Shown here: in pieces, positions 60,717-63,386 of the stretch
Numbering within the stretch: position 1 is the stretch's first letter
Layout of the letters: each line of letters begins with the position of its first letter
Source of the DNA: Chara braunii
Lineage: Eukaryota; Plantae; Charophyceae
DNA: 63,386 nucleotides
Direction of reading: 5' to 3'
NCBI GenBank assembly: GCA_003427395.1
Contig: BFEA01000026.1
Location: forward strand, 120,706-184,091
Notes under the pieces: model-generated
What the model saw: only the letters and a program-made list of their open reading frames with translations
Told to the model about the DNA's origin: nothing
Databases searched by the model: none
Position numbers and translations under genes: made by a program

Positions 60717-62540
60717 TTGTGGCAAACATATAGAATTATCTGTGACAAGCCGTAGTCGGGTGAAAAAGGCAACTCCTGAGCGGAAGACACTCTGCGCGCG
60801 CGCCGGATAACTGCACGCAGCAAGGAAAATAGCGCGCGCACGCTCAACGATTGCGCGTGATTGGGCGCGCGCCCTGAGATGAAAATTGGACCACCAGTGG
60901 TCTATGCTGAGGAGCTGAGGTGGTCCAAATTTCAGACCAAACGGTTCAGCGGATCATGAGATATCGAAGTTCTTGGGCGCGCCATGGAATTCGAGCGTGT
61001 CGAACGATAAGGACGACGGGGGGATGGAATGGCATCTAAGGCTTCAACCTCAACACCTGTTGTTTCCTGACTTTTGAAAGCAGGTCTACTACCATCTCTT
61101 TACTTCGCGCTTCAAACAAGTGATGCTACATGACATCATGCCGGATGAAGAAGGGTATTGCTTATTTGGGCATTACTCTAGGAGTTATCACTAATACTCT
61201 TCATCTTGCGACTTTTGGTGGAGGAGGTCGGCTCGGCGCGAGAAGAAGAAGAGTACAGTGTGTCCCGTGGAGTGGAAGGAGGATTGTCAGGAGATAGTGA
61301 GTGGGAGGGCTTCGAGGAGAGAATCCAAGTGCCGTCAAGGGATCATTACAAGGGGGGAGACTTCTACTCGAATGATGGCAGCCGGCTGATCGTCATTCTT
61401 TCTGCTACATCTACATTGCATCTATAGGACCATATCATCATCATATCATCAGCTTCAGCAGCAGCAGTATTGTCATCATTATCATTATCACCAGTCATCA
61501 CCATCGCCATCATTAACAGCTTCATCATCACCATCATCTTCATGTTCAGCATCGAGGTAAGTAGGGGATAGGAGGACGGTGTTGGATCGTTATTGCCATT
61601 GTCATAGTAATTGTCATCGATGTGTCAATCAACAAATCATCATCATCATCATGCTATCTAATCATTAATTTGATCACTAATACTACCATCCCACTATCAT
61701 CCAAAAATCATCTCATTATCATCTCATCCCGAACCTGACTAATTTACTCCAACTAACATCCTAATTAATGTCTCAAACATTCTTGTTCTCAATTATCTTT
61801 TAAACTTTCAATTCCCCGTTAAACTAACATAAATGGTATTTCTATATACTTCAAATTTCCAATGAAAACCTCTAATCAATACACCCGATTTTTTCGGCAT
61901 CGAAAATTTTAATACCTAAATTCCTATAATCCCTAAAATTCGCATTTCTGAATCTGTATCACTATTCAACTAATTAGTGCGCAAATCTTGACTTCAAAAA
62001 CTTGAAATCTTTTGCATTGCTCCAGCTTATTTTTCTCCTCCCTGTAGTATTCACGATGCTTTCTGAGGGAGGGAAGTAAGGGTTCAGGGGAGAGCTCCAT
62101 CCCGCAGGGGTGACACTAGGCGGGAAGTGAAGCCCTGTAGGGGGTGTGAGCAGAGTGAGGGGGTTACCTTCGTCTGGGGTTGGTGGGAGGGTTACTCACA
62201 CCTGCGGGGGCAGAGTAGGGTAAATGGTGGGTAGAGGCATACTTTGGGAGGGGACTGGATGCCTTTCTGGGATGAGAAGGGGGAAGGGGGGTCTGTCACA
62301 AAGTTGGGGCTGTGATGGGTGGCCTGTAGTCTGGGTCATCTGTTTCGACGGAGGCAACGATGAGACAAGGAGGAAAGAAGGGGAGGGGGGAGACTGACAT
62401 CATCTTCTTTTATGTCTATCTGGTGATCTGAGATTCTCGACGTCTTTTGACATTCCTTTAATTCGGGATAAAAGCGTGTCGGAGGTGATTGATTCTTGAC
62501 CAATATGGGCAGAGTTCATCTTGTTTTGAGCTCCTGATCA

Positions 62541-63130
62541 GCCGATGCCAGAACGACGCTGGCTGGTGCTGGGGTAATGCCCTGTAACCTGCATTGGCGG
62601 GAGCGTGAAGCCTTGTAGAAAAATCTGGGGATTGCTGTGGGAGGAAAGCAATTCAGTGGCTAATTGGGGGGGCTGCCTAGATAACCAAATGGGGCTAGGG
62701 ATAGTCTAGGTGGCGAGAACAGGTCAGCTATGGGGGGTAATGGTTAGGAGGGCATTGTCTCTTATATGTTTTGTCTTGAGATAGGGAGGGCTAAGAGGCG
62801 TACTGACAATGCATGTTTCATCAGATTAACCACCCATCATCATCATCATCGGTAGTATCATTTGTTTCTAGGTTTCTAGACTATGATAAGTATCTGGTCT
62901 TTCAAGTTGTCCTTATCTGGGGTATTGGCGCTCAGAGATGGTGGAAACTGGACTGATGTCAACAGCGCTGCTCTGTTCTGTGCCCCTGGTTTGCCGATGC
63001 CAGAACGACGCTGACCGGAGATGGGGTGCTTCCCTGTAATCTGCAAATCGCAGAAGCGTGAGGCCTTGTAGAGAGATCTAGGTGTTGCCGAGGGAGGAAG
63101 GCAATTCAGAGGCGAATTGGGGGGGGCTGC
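62541..63130. repeat. Two diverged ~135-bp direct repeats 452 bp apart
   Basis: GCCGATGCCAGAACGACGCTG...GCAATTCAG...AATTGGGGGGGCTGC at 62541 and 62993. Confidence 0.85.
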
Positions 63131-63386
63131 GAGGTGGCGAGAAGAGAGCAGCAATGGGTGATGTTAGTTAGGTAGATATTGTTTCTGGGTAACTTTGTTC
63201 TAGTATAAGGAGGGCTAGGTGTTTATGGGAGGCTAGAGTAGGTGATACTACATAGTTGTCATCTTGTTCTGCAGAAGAGTCAGTATCATTTTCATCATTC
63301 AGAATTGGTGTTTTTGGTTCGGTGTCTCCGGGCAGATTGTGAGGACCCCGGCCTCAATATTATCATTTGGAATATCAGCCTTGGGC

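Overview
Repeat-rich eukaryotic genomic DNA from a green plant lineage. The GA/CT microsatellites, multi-kb introns and transposon families resemble a charophyte alga such as Chara, which is an inference. The only host gene is a minus-strand casein kinase II alpha (CK2 alpha) gene. Nine GT-AG exons (27964-28049 down to 6543-6611) join in frame to give 314 codons, and the short final exon was not found in the window. Upstream of its MSKARVY methionine, the frame carries the plastid-CK2 type motif [14 protein letters not shown], so one gene may encode both a plastid and a nuclear/cytosolic isoform. The introns hold two A-tailed U6 snRNA retrocopies, a non-autonomous Helitron, several MITE families (TA-, TTAA/TA- and CGG-flanked), a probable solo LTR and tandem repeats. 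Beyond about 31 kb lies decayed transposon DNA: a TAA-flanked internally deleted PIF/Harbinger, a minus-strand LINE abutting a chromodomain-bearing Ty3/gypsy element, a degenerate plus-strand LINE interrupted by two CAAC...GTTG MITEs with 2-bp TSDs, and further fragments. A Nextera mate-pair junction adapter (4860-4897) and four N gaps show local assembly artefacts. No prokaryote-type system such as a CRISPR array or operon is present. All coordinates were counted by hand and no database search was run.
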